DNA from: a virus
Taxonomy: Duplodnaviria; Caudoviricetes
Direction: 5' to 3' (one strand)
IMG/VR virus record: IMGVR_UViG_3300034008_000014
Span: 1 to 41,714 of that record
DNA: 41,714 bases
The first letter of the stretch is position 1, and each line of letters begins with the position of its first letter. A program made the translations under genes and the position numbers. The notes under the pieces were generated by a model, which saw only the letters and a program-made list of their open reading frames with translations, ran no database searches and was not told the DNA's origin. This document shows positions 9,400 through 18,778 of the stretch, piece by piece.

Positions 9400-10056
9400 A
9401 TGTCTCACAACAGCATTATCGGCTATCGCCGCAACGGTACGCCCATTAGGGTGATTCGGGGCGGCAGCGAGCAGCCGGGCGAGCTGAGCGCAGAAGATCG
9501 CGCTGTGGCCGACCAGCTCGGAATCTCCACTGGAGACGACGGACAGGGCGAGGGTGACGGGGGCGAGCAAGACCTGCAAGACCAGGGCCAGGAGCCCAGC
9601 AAGCTCGAGGACTTGCCCGAGAGCTGGCAGGCCGAGATTCGCAAGCTGCGTCGTGAGGCTGCGGCCAAGCGGGTCGCCAACAAGGCACCAGCACCGCCTG
9701 CCAAGGCGGTCGAGGGCGAAACCCCGGAGCAGGTCGAGCAACGCGTACGTGCGAGCCTCTCTCTCGAGTTCGGCGCGCGGGTCGCGTCGGCCGACGTGAA
9801 GGCGGCGCTGACGGGCATCGTCCCTGACGCACTGCTCGAGTCTGTGGTGGGTCGGCTGAACATCGCCGACTTCGTTACCGATGACGGGCAGGTCGACACG
9901 GATGCGGTGACCGCGCTCAAAGAGGAGTACGTCGCTCTGCTGGGCACGAGCAAGAAGGCCACGCCGAAGGTCGGGCACGGCCGCACGACAGGCACGACAA
10001 AGACGCGCTCCAACGCTGAGCTCTTCAGCGAGGCGCTCTTCGGAACACAGTCTTAA
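9400..10056 (+). CDS. capsid scaffolding protein
   Basis: IGYRRNGTPIRVIRGG leader, acidic linker, EIRKLRREAA coiled coil; directly before capsid gene. Confidence 0.8.
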   Translation: MSHNSIIGYRRNGTPIRVIRGGSEQPGELSAEDRAVADQLGISTGDDGQGEGDGGEQDLQDQGQEPSKLEDLPESWQAEIRKLRREAAAKRVANKAPAPPAKAVEGETPEQVEQRVRASLSLEFGARVASADVKAALTGIVPDALLESVVGRLNIADFVTDDGQVDTDAVTALKEEYVALLGTSKKATPKVGHGRTTGTTKTRSNAELFSEALFGTQS

Positions 10057-10116
10057 CGGACGAGCGCGACAGCCGTGCGAGTCTCATTCTCCTAGCCTCA
10101 GAAAGGGCTCAGCATC

Positions 10117-11019
10117 ATGGCTGGTATCGACATCAACAGGACTACCGCGGGCGTTCAGCTCCCCCGGCCGGTCGCCAACGAGATTTGGGCGAACGTGCTC
10201 GAGGCTTCGACCGTGATGCAGGCGGCGAACACGATCCCGCTTCCCGGCGCCGGGCTGACCATCCCGATGATCACGGGCGAGCCGGTCGCCGCGTGGGTCG
10301 CGGAGACCAACGAGAAGCCCGTCTCGCGGCACACCGTGAGCTCGAAGACGATGACCGGGTACACCATCTCGGTGATCGAGCCCTTCTCGAACCAGTTCAA
10401 GCGCGACCTGCCGGGCCTGTACCGTCAGCTCGTGCAGCGGCTGCCCGCGGCGCTGTCGCGGCGCTTCGATGAGACTGTGTACGGCGTGACCGCCGTCCCC
10501 GGCTCGGGCTTCGACACGCTCGGCGGTGCGCCGACCCTGACCCTGCCCGCGTCGCCGACGCTGCCTCAGGTGCTCGCGGTCGTGACGGCCGTGGCCGCTG
10601 CCGGGGGTGACGTGTCCGACTGGATCGTCACCAACCCGCTATACGCGTCGCTGCTGGGCAGCATCAACGCCGCGACCGGGCAGCAGTACTTCACGCTCGG
10701 TCAGCGCCCGGACGGCGCCCTGGCCCCGACGATCTTCGGCGCCCCGGTGCGGAAGACCAAGGCCGCGTTCAGGACCAGCACCACGGTCGGCGACGACACG
10801 GGTATCGCGGGCGACTTCGCCGGGTCGGCCTACGTCGGCACGGTCGAGGGCGTCTCGATCAGCGTCTCCGACCAGGCGACGATCAATGACGGCGGCACGC
10901 AGCTCAACCTCTGGCAGCGCAACATGTTCGCTGTCCGGGCGGAAATCGAGCTGGGCTTCATCGTCCGCGACGTGAACCACTTCGTGCGGCTGACTGACGG
11001 CACGGTCGACAACCCGTAA
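10117..11019 (+). CDS. major capsid protein (HK97 fold)
   Basis: AAWVAETNEKP, AGDF, NLWQRNMFAVRAE motifs; highly biased codons; SD GAAAGGG. Confidence 0.95.
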   Translation: MAGIDINRTTAGVQLPRPVANEIWANVLEASTVMQAANTIPLPGAGLTIPMITGEPVAAWVAETNEKPVSRHTVSSKTMTGYTISVIEPFSNQFKRDLPGLYRQLVQRLPAALSRRFDETVYGVTAVPGSGFDTLGGAPTLTLPASPTLPQVLAVVTAVAAAGGDVSDWIVTNPLYASLLGSINAATGQQYFTLGQRPDGALAPTIFGAPVRKTKAAFRTSTTVGDDTGIAGDFAGSAYVGTVEGVSISVSDQATINDGGTQLNLWQRNMFAVRAEIELGFIVRDVNHFVRLTDGTVDNP

Positions 11020-11031
11020 TCGACAAGCACT

Positions 11032-11064
11032 GACCCCGGCGCCTTAATCGGCGCCGGGGTCTTT
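11032..11064 (+). terminator. intrinsic terminator after capsid gene
   Basis: GACCCCGGCGCC-TTAATC-GGCGCCGGGGTC perfect 12-bp stem followed by TTT. Confidence 0.85.
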
Positions 11065-11093
11065 GCATTCCCTGATAGGGTAGACTCGCTGCT

Positions 11094-12443
11094 ATGACCT
11101 TCGTACCCGCGTGGAGCGCGCAGAACACGCCTAAGCCTGCTGAGCCAGCGTCTTCGGCTTTCCTGCCGACCACGGCAACGCTCATCGATGGGCAGCGCTC
11201 GGCCGCCGTGCAGGTGCTCGGCGATTCCACTGGGAACGAAACGACGGAATGGGTCTATCAGCTCGGCGCCCTGCTCGGACGTCGCTTCCCTGCCTACACC
11301 GTGCAGCACCGGCTCTTCATGGACGCGAGCCAGGATTACCTGGCGCCGGTCGATGTGCAGACCGCGCCCGAAGGTGCGCGACGTTTACACGGCAACGTTA
11401 ACGACGCCGTGCCCGCGCTGCCTATCTCGCAGAGTCCACACCTGGCGGGCGTTATCGACGTCCGAGCTCGAGTCTCCTTCGACTCGCTGGCGTCTATCGC
11501 CGCTAACACTGTCATCGTGGCTCGGTCGGAGGCCGACCCTAACCGCTCGTGGCAAGCGACCATCGGCAACGCTGCGAACAGCTACCGGCTCAGCTTCACC
11601 TACTGGCCGACCGGACTCGCCGCCAGCTCTGCACTTCGTACAGCTATCGGCACGCCGACCCTCACGGACGGTGGGGTCACCTGGCTACGATGGGTCTTCA
11701 CCCCGGACAACGGCGCGGCCGGAAACGACTTCGCTGCATACCAGTCTGCGGACGGTATCACCTGGTCGCAGATTGGCGCGACCGTGACCACGGCAACCGC
11801 GGCCACGATCTATAACGCCACGAGCGCCTACTACAAGCTCGCGGGCGGCGCTGTCTTCGGTACGCCTATGTCGCTCTACGAAGTGCAGGTGCGCGACGGG
11901 CTCAACGGTCCCAACGTCGTGCCCGCGCTGCCTGAGCACTGGGATAGGTACTCAAGCAGCGCGCCGTCAGCAGCCGTGCAGGGCTCGCCGCTGCTTACGC
12001 TGGTGAATGCGTCGCACCCTGGCGCGAACATCGCTTATCTTGTCAACGCTGCTCGACTAAAGAAGATGACGCCGAACTACGGGCAGACGCTCGCCGTGCT
12101 CTCCGCGGGGCATAACCAGTCGACTTCTAACGGGCAGGGCCTCCTGGCTGAATATGACGCCTGGCGCCAGGCTGTCGCCGCGCAGCTCCCTAACGTGCCC
12201 ATCGTCAGCGTTACCCAAAATCCTGAGCACCCTGCCGCGGCGACTGGCAGTCCTGCCAACCATGCGAAGCGGCGGCTAGACCTGCTGCGCTATGGGCAGG
12301 CTAATCGCGTCGAAGTGGTCGACACCTTCGGCGCATTCCTAGAGACTGCCGATTGGCAGACTGCACTGCTTCAGGGCGACGGCATCCACCCTAGCGTGGC
12401 CGGGTCGCAGGTGTGGGCGACCGAGCTGCTGTCTCGGTTCTAA
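11094..12443 (+). CDS. SGNH/GDSL esterase with inserted beta-sandwich (LamG/ConA-like) domain
   Basis: Blocks VLGDS, HPG, GHN, DGIHP; beta-rich insert between blocks I and II; TAGACT 7 nt before ATG. Confidence 0.8.
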   Translation: MTFVPAWSAQNTPKPAEPASSAFLPTTATLIDGQRSAAVQVLGDSTGNETTEWVYQLGALLGRRFPAYTVQHRLFMDASQDYLAPVDVQTAPEGARRLHGNVNDAVPALPISQSPHLAGVIDVRARVSFDSLASIAANTVIVARSEADPNRSWQATIGNAANSYRLSFTYWPTGLAASSALRTAIGTPTLTDGGVTWLRWVFTPDNGAAGNDFAAYQSADGITWSQIGATVTTATAATIYNATSAYYKLAGGAVFGTPMSLYEVQVRDGLNGPNVVPALPEHWDRYSSSAPSAAVQGSPLLTLVNASHPGANIAYLVNAARLKKMTPNYGQTLAVLSAGHNQSTSNGQGLLAEYDAWRQAVAAQLPNVPIVSVTQNPEHPAAATGSPANHAKRRLDLLRYGQANRVEVVDTFGAFLETADWQTALLQGDGIHPSVAGSQVWATELLSRF

Positions 12444-12446
12444 GCT

Positions 12447-12983
12447 ATGCCTCTCGTCACGGTCACCTGGGAAGCGAGCCACGATGTCGACGGTACGCCG
12501 CCGAAGGGCGCCCTGACCTTCCGGGCGCGGGGCTCGAGCCTGGTCGACCGGGTGCCGCTGGTGAATGGCGCGCTGAGCACCACGCTCGAGGCTGGCGAAA
12601 CGTACGAGGTCGCTGAGCTCATCCCCGGCCGGGCGCCGCAGCGCTACTTCGTCACGGTGCCAGCGTCAGGCACGCCGCTTAGCCTGTCGGACTACCACGT
12701 CGAGCCTGGACAGCCAGTACTTCAGACCATCACGCGGGAGGAGTTCGACGCGCTGCTCGGTCTCGTGCAGAACATCAACCTCGGCGCGTCCTCGTATCGC
12801 GTTTACACGTTCCTGACCCCGGCCGCCACGTGGAGCTGTCCGCACGACCTCGGCCGCGCGCCGCTCGTTTCGGTGCTCGACAGCGCTGGGCAGGCTATGC
12901 TAGCAGACATAGACCAGCCGACTAATTCGCTGGTTACTGTAACCTTCGCTGTCCCTACCTCCGGGCGCGTAATCCTAATCTGA
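12447..12983 (+). CDS. virion structural / fibre-associated protein
   Basis: C-terminal W.xxH(D/N)LG..P.V.V.D...VTVTF module typical of phage fibre-associated proteins. Confidence 0.6.
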   Translation: MPLVTVTWEASHDVDGTPPKGALTFRARGSSLVDRVPLVNGALSTTLEAGETYEVAELIPGRAPQRYFVTVPASGTPLSLSDYHVEPGQPVLQTITREEFDALLGLVQNINLGASSYRVYTFLTPAATWSCPHDLGRAPLVSVLDSAGQAMLADIDQPTNSLVTVTFAVPTSGRVILI

Positions 12984-12996
12984 AAGGCTGCCGCTC

Positions 12997-13782
12997 ATGG
13001 CGCTCAAAGTAGGCAACGGGCTCGATCTTCAGGCGCGGCCGATCATCAACCTGGCCGACCCCACCAACCCTCAGGACGCGGCGAGCAAGAACTACGTCGA
13101 CGCGGGTATCCGCGGGCTGAGCTGGAAGGATGCGGTTCGTGCCGCGTCAACCGGCAACCTGACCCTCTCGGGCACGCAGACTGTCGACGGCGTTGCCCTG
13201 GTCGCCAACGACCGGGTGCTCGCTAAGGATCAGACCGCGCAGGCACAGAACGGCGTCTACGTCGTGGCCGCGGGTGCCTGGTCGCGTGCAGTCGACGCCG
13301 ACTCGCCGGGCGAGCTCGAGGGCATGTCCGTCGCCGTCACCGAAGGCACCGTGAATAAGGGGCGGCAGTACGCCCTGGGCTCGGCTACCGTGACTCCCAT
13401 CGTCGTCGGCACGAGCACCATTGCCTTCGCTCAGGTCGGCGGCGGCGGCGGCACAACCTACACCGCGGGCAACGGTCTGACCATGACCGGCACCGACATC
13501 AACATCGGTGCCGGAACGGGCATCCTGGTCGCGGCGGACAGTATCTCGGTGGACAGCTCGGTCGTGCCGCGGAAGTACGCCGCGTCTGTCGGCAACGGCT
13601 CGCTGACCAGCCTGCCGGTCGTGCACAACCTGGCTACGCGCGACGTGCAGGTCACTGTCTTCGATAACTCCACCTTTGACGAGGTAATCGTTGACACCGT
13701 GCACACCGACGCCAACACGGTCACCCTCGTCTTCGCCACCGCGCCCGGCACGAACGCGTACCGTGTCGTCGTGATTGGCTAA
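12997..13782 (+). CDS. fibre protein (head or tail fibre)
   Basis: NLADPTNPQDAASKNYVD stalk motif, VRAA...LSGTQTVDGV...DRVLAKDQ...NGVY...WSRAVDAD fibre domain, HNLATRDVQV C-terminal module. Confidence 0.75.
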   Translation: MALKVGNGLDLQARPIINLADPTNPQDAASKNYVDAGIRGLSWKDAVRAASTGNLTLSGTQTVDGVALVANDRVLAKDQTAQAQNGVYVVAAGAWSRAVDADSPGELEGMSVAVTEGTVNKGRQYALGSATVTPIVVGTSTIAFAQVGGGGGTTYTAGNGLTMTGTDINIGAGTGILVAADSISVDSSVVPRKYAASVGNGSLTSLPVVHNLATRDVQVTVFDNSTFDEVIVDTVHTDANTVTLVFATAPGTNAYRVVVIG

Positions 13783-13785
13783 GGC

Positions 13786-15540
13786 ATGAGGGTACTGAGC
13801 CCGACCTTCGTGGGCAGCGCGGTCCCGCGCGTCTACCTGGCGCAATTCGGCGCTAAGGGTGACGGGACGACCGACGACACTGCCGCGATTCAGGCGGCAG
13901 TCGACTACCTACCCGTGCAGGGCGGAACCGTCGTCTTCGACGCCGGGAAGGTGTATCGCCAGGCAGGCAACTGTTTCCTCCGCGACAACATCACGGTCGA
14001 CATGAACAGCTCAGTCATCACCAAAGTCGCGGGCGACCTCTACCACGCCTTCATCGGGCAGAGCTACCACGGCACGGGCTATATGGGTGGCTGCCAGAAC
14101 GTCACGATCAAGAACGGGACGCTCGAGGGCTCTTTCACGCTCGGCCAGGAGCGAGGCATTGGCCTCACCTTCCATCACGCGCAAGACCTCAAGTTCGAGA
14201 ACATGAAATGGCTTGAGGGTATGATGGGCGGCCACTATTCCGAGTTTCTCGGGTGCAACCGGGTGACCTTCACCAACTGCACCTTCGAGGGCTTCATGCC
14301 CGACACTCCCCAGTTTCGCAACGAGGCGATCCAGTGCGACTACTCGTACCTCGTGGGCGGCGACCTGGACCAGGCGAACCTGTCCCGCTACGACGGGCTC
14401 GGGTGCTCGAACTTCACCGTGCAGAACTGCAAGTTCATCCCGCTGTCCTACGCCGTGCCGGGCGGCACGGCCCGCACGGTCTACGCGCCCAACCCCATCG
14501 GGACGCACGTACGGATGCAGGACACCTACGCGATGGACGGGCTGAACTTCACCGGCAACCTCGTGCAGGGCATCCGGCAGACGAGCGACCACTCGACCAT
14601 GACGACCCGCGGCTGGCTTCACTTCTTCCACGCGAAGAACGTCACGATCAGCGTGAACACTTTCAACAATGTGCCGGGCCGGGCGAGCCAGGCGATCCAG
14701 ACCGACGCGGCGACCGGCAACACGGGCTACCTGAAGACCGACGCTCAGAAGACCGTGGCGCAGGGCGCGACGGGCACGGCGACTATCACGCCGATGCCCG
14801 CGACGGACTGGTCAATTGTCGGTAACACGTTCAACGACTTCAACGCGGCGAGCGTCGAGGGCATTATCTCGATGCAGGGCTTCGACACCGCGCTGGCCAA
14901 CCCCATGCTGAACATCGATATCCGGGGCAACCAGTTTCGGAACAGTCACCCGACGAACGCGAACAGCGACACGGCGCCCTATCTCATTACGGTGAACCGC
15001 TCTGTCGGCACGCTCATCTCGGACAACACGGCCGACCGCTGTGGGCGTCTCGTCTCGGCGAACAACAACCGGGGCATGCTCATTCGAGGCAACACGGTGC
15101 GCGAGTCTTATTCCGAGACGATCCAGTGCACGGCTGCCGTGCATCTTCGGATCATCGAAAACTGGTTCGGGCTCTGCTCTTGCGGCATCCGGGTATCGGG
15201 TGGGCAGGCGGTCCGGGTCGCGGGCAACAATATGACGTATGGCTCAGCGACGGGCGCGATCCGTACCTTCGTGATGCAGCTCGCAGCGGGCGGCGCGGGT
15301 AACGACCTGACCGACTTCATCGTGGAGTCGAACATCGTCTACGGGACCGGGGCAGCGCAGGGTATCGCCGTGGGCACGGCGGGTGGCAACGTGACGCGGG
15401 GCCGCATCCACGGCAACATCTCGCTCGGCGCGACCACGCCTGTCGCCATAACGGGCACGCCTGCACCTACCCTGGTCTTCGCGCCGCTCACGGGCACGGC
15501 GACCACGGCTAACACACTCATGCATAACGTCATCGCGTAA
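13786..15540 (+). CDS. right-handed beta-helix spike / polysaccharide depolymerase (pectate lyase-3-like)
   Basis: FGAKGDGTTDDTAAIQAA motif and repeated I.GN/V.NC beta-helix rungs. Confidence 0.85.
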   Translation: MRVLSPTFVGSAVPRVYLAQFGAKGDGTTDDTAAIQAAVDYLPVQGGTVVFDAGKVYRQAGNCFLRDNITVDMNSSVITKVAGDLYHAFIGQSYHGTGYMGGCQNVTIKNGTLEGSFTLGQERGIGLTFHHAQDLKFENMKWLEGMMGGHYSEFLGCNRVTFTNCTFEGFMPDTPQFRNEAIQCDYSYLVGGDLDQANLSRYDGLGCSNFTVQNCKFIPLSYAVPGGTARTVYAPNPIGTHVRMQDTYAMDGLNFTGNLVQGIRQTSDHSTMTTRGWLHFFHAKNVTISVNTFNNVPGRASQAIQTDAATGNTGYLKTDAQKTVAQGATGTATITPMPATDWSIVGNTFNDFNAASVEGIISMQGFDTALANPMLNIDIRGNQFRNSHPTNANSDTAPYLITVNRSVGTLISDNTADRCGRLVSANNNRGMLIRGNTVRESYSETIQCTAAVHLRIIENWFGLCSCGIRVSGGQAVRVAGNNMTYGSATGAIRTFVMQLAAGGAGNDLTDFIVESNIVYGTGAAQGIAVGTAGGNVTRGRIHGNISLGATTPVAITGTPAPTLVFAPLTGTATTANTLMHNVIA

Positions 15541-15555
15541 AGGCTGGTCATCATC

Positions 15556-15978
15556 ATGGCGCTCATCATCACCGCAGCCAGCATCTCGGCGACTCTCTCG
15601 TTGAGTTTAAACGATGCCGACGTGGAGCAGGCTCAGAACGTAATCGAGCTCGAGACCGGCGCCGACCTGGCCACGGCTGACCCCGAATCGCGTTTCAGCG
15701 CGGCCGACCTGAAACAGCTCCGCGCCGCGGTGCTGTGGCAGACTGCCTACCTTCAGGCGCACCCGGAGGTTCTGACCGCTCAGACGAACATCGCCAGTGT
15801 CAAGGGCCTGTCTGCCGGGGTCACCTTCACCCCGGGGCAGGACGGCCTGCTGTCGCCCCTGGCGGCCCGCGCCCTGGCCCGGCTGAGCTGGCGGGCTGGT
15901 CCCGTCAAGATCACCAGCCTGAAGCCGTCACGGACCATCGTACGGCCGCAGCCCGACCCGTGGGTGAGGGTGGTCTAG
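15556..15978 (+). CDS. head-to-tail adaptor
   Basis: LRAAVLWQTAYL and LSPLAARALARLSW pattern; size and position. Confidence 0.7.
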   Translation: MALIITAASISATLSLSLNDADVEQAQNVIELETGADLATADPESRFSAADLKQLRAAVLWQTAYLQAHPEVLTAQTNIASVKGLSAGVTFTPGQDGLLSPLAARALARLSWRAGPVKITSLKPSRTIVRPQPDPWVRVV

Positions 15979-16326
15979 GTGACGACCCCTGTCGCCACGA
16001 CGACTATCACGATCAAGCGGGCACCCGACCGCTCGAACATCGACCCCGAGGATTACGACCCGTCCGACTTTGCTGAGGTCGCCGTGGGCATTCGGGCGAT
16101 CATCGACGCAAGCCGCGCCTACAGCGGCACCGCGCCCGGCCCCGGCGACCGCGAACAGGTGACGTTCTCCTTGCTCTGCGACCCGACCGACCTGAGGTAT
16201 CTCGACGTGGTGATAGATGAGCGCACGTCTCAGGAGTATGCCGTATCCTGGGCAGTGCACACACCGGGCGTCGCGGGCTATCTGGCGAGCGTCTTGGCAG
16301 GTCTGACTACCACGAAAGGAACCTGA
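15979..16326 (+). CDS. head-to-tail stopper
   Basis: TTTITIKR N-terminus, beta-rich, DVVIDE..QEYAV; position. Confidence 0.65.
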   Translation: MTTPVATTTITIKRAPDRSNIDPEDYDPSDFAEVAVGIRAIIDASRAYSGTAPGPGDREQVTFSLLCDPTDLRYLDVVIDERTSQEYAVSWAVHTPGVAGYLASVLAGLTTTKGT

Positions 16327-16556
16327 TGCAGCGCACCATCGAGCTCGAGCACGAGGGCCGTCATGAGCCCACCTTCGAGGAGGTCGAGGCTGCTCTCGAC
16401 GCCGAGCTGAAGAGCGAAGGACTGAAGCGCTCAGGCGACTTCCGCGTCACGGGCTCGACCGTAACCAGTGGCGGCCCGAGCAAGTTCACGCTCACCTTCG
16501 ACGCCGACGAGCCGCCCAAGCCGGGGCGCAAACCCGCTAACGATGACAGCGAGTAG
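16326..16556 (+). CDS. hypothetical protein (neck region)
   Basis: TGATG coupling, SD AAAGGA. Confidence 0.6.
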   Translation: MQRTIELEHEGRHEPTFEEVEAALDAELKSEGLKRSGDFRVTGSTVTSGGPSKFTLTFDADEPPKPGRKPANDDSE

Positions 16557-16565
16557 GTAGTTCCC

Positions 16566-16850
16566 GTGCAAATATCGGGCGGCGACGCGGCGATCAACGC
16601 GCTGGCCAACAGTCCCGAGCTGCTGGCCGTCTCGATGCGCCTGGCGAAGGTGGGCAGCGCCGGGGCGAAGAAGCGCGCCCGAGTCGACACGGGCGAGATG
16701 AGGCGCGGCATCATCGCGCGCCGGATCAAGGGCGGCGCGCGCGTTCTGATGACGACCGACCATGACATCTTCAACGAGTTCGGCACGAGCCGGATGCCTG
16801 CCCAGCCGATGCTCCGTCCGAGCATGGACGACCTCAGGGGCGTGTTGTGA
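16566..16850 (+). CDS. HK97 gp10-like neck protein
   Basis: ARVDTGEMRRGI and EFGTSRMPAQPMLRP motifs. Confidence 0.85.
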   Translation: MQISGGDAAINALANSPELLAVSMRLAKVGSAGAKKRARVDTGEMRRGIIARRIKGGARVLMTTDHDIFNEFGTSRMPAQPMLRPSMDDLRGVL

Positions 16851-16875
16851 GACGAGCCGACCGTAGGGAGGCGCT

Positions 16876-17262
16876 GTGATGGTCCCGGACACCGAGCAGG
16901 CGGTGAAGACTCACGCCAAGGCGAACCTACTGCCAGGCGTGCTAGGCGGCCGAATCTTCTTCAGCTTCCCGGAGGGAAGCCCGGCGATGCCGCTACTGGT
17001 GATCGAGCAGGTAGGCGGCTTCACGGACAACAGCGCGCCGGTCGAGAACCCCCGGCTCAGCTTCTCTTGCTGGTCGACCAAGAAAGAGACGGCGAGCGAC
17101 CTTCGCCGCGCCCTGGTCGCCTACCTGAAGACGCTCGACGGGGTGATGCTCGACCCGCAGACGCGGTGCGGCGGCGTCACCGACATTACTTCGCTGTTCA
17201 TCCGTGAGCGTGACAGCGCCTACTGCCGCTACATTGTCGACGCCACGGTCACCACGGCGTAA
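16876..17262 (+). CDS. tail terminator protein
   Basis: P.LVIEQVGG, PRLSFSCW, RYIVDATV; position; SD GGGAGG. Confidence 0.75.
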   Translation: MMVPDTEQAVKTHAKANLLPGVLGGRIFFSFPEGSPAMPLLVIEQVGGFTDNSAPVENPRLSFSCWSTKKETASDLRRALVAYLKTLDGVMLDPQTRCGGVTDITSLFIRERDSAYCRYIVDATVTTA

Positions 17263-17272
17263 TATGCCTCGC

Positions 17273-17566
17273 ATGAGAAAGCTCCTCGCCGGTGCCGCCG
17301 TCGCCGCCCTTCTGCTCGGCGGGTGTGGGCAGCCTGCCGAACCGACCGAGGCGTGTGTCGCCTTCGCTGAGGCGGCCAACGCAGTCATCGAGCAGAACAA
17401 TATGCTGCTCGAGGCCGGGGGCGACTACATCGACGCCCTGCACGCTGGTGACGACGAGGCGGCCGAGACTGCCCGAGCCCGCGTATCTGTCATCACGGCC
17501 ACGGCCCAGCCGTACTTCGACGCGTACGCGGCCAAGCAGGCCGCGTGCCTCGGAACGCAAGCGTAA
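17273..17566 (+). CDS. lipoprotein
   Basis: MRKLLAGAAVAALLLGGC lipobox; two further Cys; TAATAT 7 nt before ATG. Confidence 0.8.
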   Translation: MRKLLAGAAVAALLLGGCGQPAEPTEACVAFAEAANAVIEQNNMLLEAGGDYIDALHAGDDEAAETARARVSVITATAQPYFDAYAAKQAACLGTQA

Positions 17567-17695
17567 TTTCGTTCGACCTTTGTAATTACATAGTGCTCTA
17601 GACTGGTCGAGAGGCGAAAGCCAAACGAGCGCAAGCTCAGCCATGTTCCCTCCGGGGTCCGACCTACCGCGTGAGCGGAGAAATGCGAGCACATC

Positions 17696-18271
17696 ATGCC
17701 TTACGTTCCGGGTAGCGACGCTACCTTCGTCAAGCTCGGCCCCGGCAAAATCTACTTCGGCGCCTTCGGTGCCGCTGAGCCGACCGATCTGACCACGGCG
17801 CTCACCAACGCGTGGACCTACGCGGGCTTCACCGACGCGGGCCACACCTTCACCTTCACGCCGACCTACGAGCCGGTCGAGGTCGCTGAGACACTCCTGC
17901 CCATCGGCCGCCAGGCGACCGGCCAGGACATGACGCTCGAAATGGCGCTGGTCGAGGTCACCGCGGGCAACGTGCAGAAGGCGCTCAACGGCGCCACGGT
18001 CACCAGCTCAGGCACGGGCGCCACGGCTATCGACTCCGTGGAGCCGCTGGCTTTCGGCGCCGTTGAGCCGCGCGTTGCGATCCTCTGGGAGGCCGACGAC
18101 AAGTCCGAGCGTTGGGTTTGGCGGCGCTGCCTTCAGACCGGCGCCGTCGCTATCGGCCGCTCGAAGGGTGCCGCCAAGGCGACCATCCCGCTGAGCTTCA
18201 CGCTCGAGCCCGTGTCCTCCGCGATCCGCCCGTTCAAGGCGATCCTGAAGAGCACGAGCACCGTCACCTGA
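17696..18271 (+). CDS. major tail protein
   Basis: LGPGKIYFG, GFTDAG.TFT, RWVWRR motifs; highly biased codons; upstream of chaperones and tape measure. Confidence 0.9.
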   Translation: MPYVPGSDATFVKLGPGKIYFGAFGAAEPTDLTTALTNAWTYAGFTDAGHTFTFTPTYEPVEVAETLLPIGRQATGQDMTLEMALVEVTAGNVQKALNGATVTSSGTGATAIDSVEPLAFGAVEPRVAILWEADDKSERWVWRRCLQTGAVAIGRSKGAAKATIPLSFTLEPVSSAIRPFKAILKSTSTVT

Positions 18272-18284
18272 TCCGCGCTATAGT

Positions 18285-18348
18285 GTGAGATGAGCGGGTC
18301 GGCGTGACACGGCCCCCCGGGTGGCAACCTCCGACCCGCTCATCTCAC
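18285..18348. terminator. long stem-loop (attenuator/terminator) between major tail and chaperone genes
   Basis: Perfect 18-bp inverted repeat GTGAGATGAGCGGGTCGG / CCGACCCGCTCATCTCAC. Confidence 0.7.
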
Positions 18349-18367
18349 CTACCGGCAGGAGACACCA

Positions 18368-18778
18368 ATGCCCGACGAGCAGACGACCGACGAGCTGCAC
18401 CCACATCTCGTTCTCGAGTTCGGCGACGACGTGGGCCGGTTCCGCGCTCACGAGCACTTCAACCTCGCGCTGCTCTGGAAGCACAAGAGCGCTATCGAGC
18501 GCGGCACGTACGAGGCGGTCATGCTTTTCGCCGAGACGATGGTTCTGGACGACGACCGCGACGCCCTCTTCGACTTCCTGGTCAGCCACGGCAACGACGC
18601 CGACTTCGTGACTGTGGTCTACAACGCGCTGTGGCGGTGCCACGTGGGGGAGACGAACCTCCCTTTAGCGCGATTGTCGGACTCCTCACCTTCTACGAAC
18701 AGCACCGACTCGAGCTCGACGGAAAACTCGTCCTCGCCGGTCACGGACAGCGCGATGGGCACCGAGACGACGGACTAG
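18368..18778 (+). CDS. tail assembly chaperone (short form)
   Basis: Between major tail and tape measure genes; SD CAGGAG; Ser-rich tail after the slippery site. Confidence 0.85.
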   Translation: MPDEQTTDELHPHLVLEFGDDVGRFRAHEHFNLALLWKHKSAIERGTYEAVMLFAETMVLDDDRDALFDFLVSHGNDADFVTVVYNALWRCHVGETNLPLARLSDSSPSTNSTDSSSTENSSSPVTDSAMGTETTD

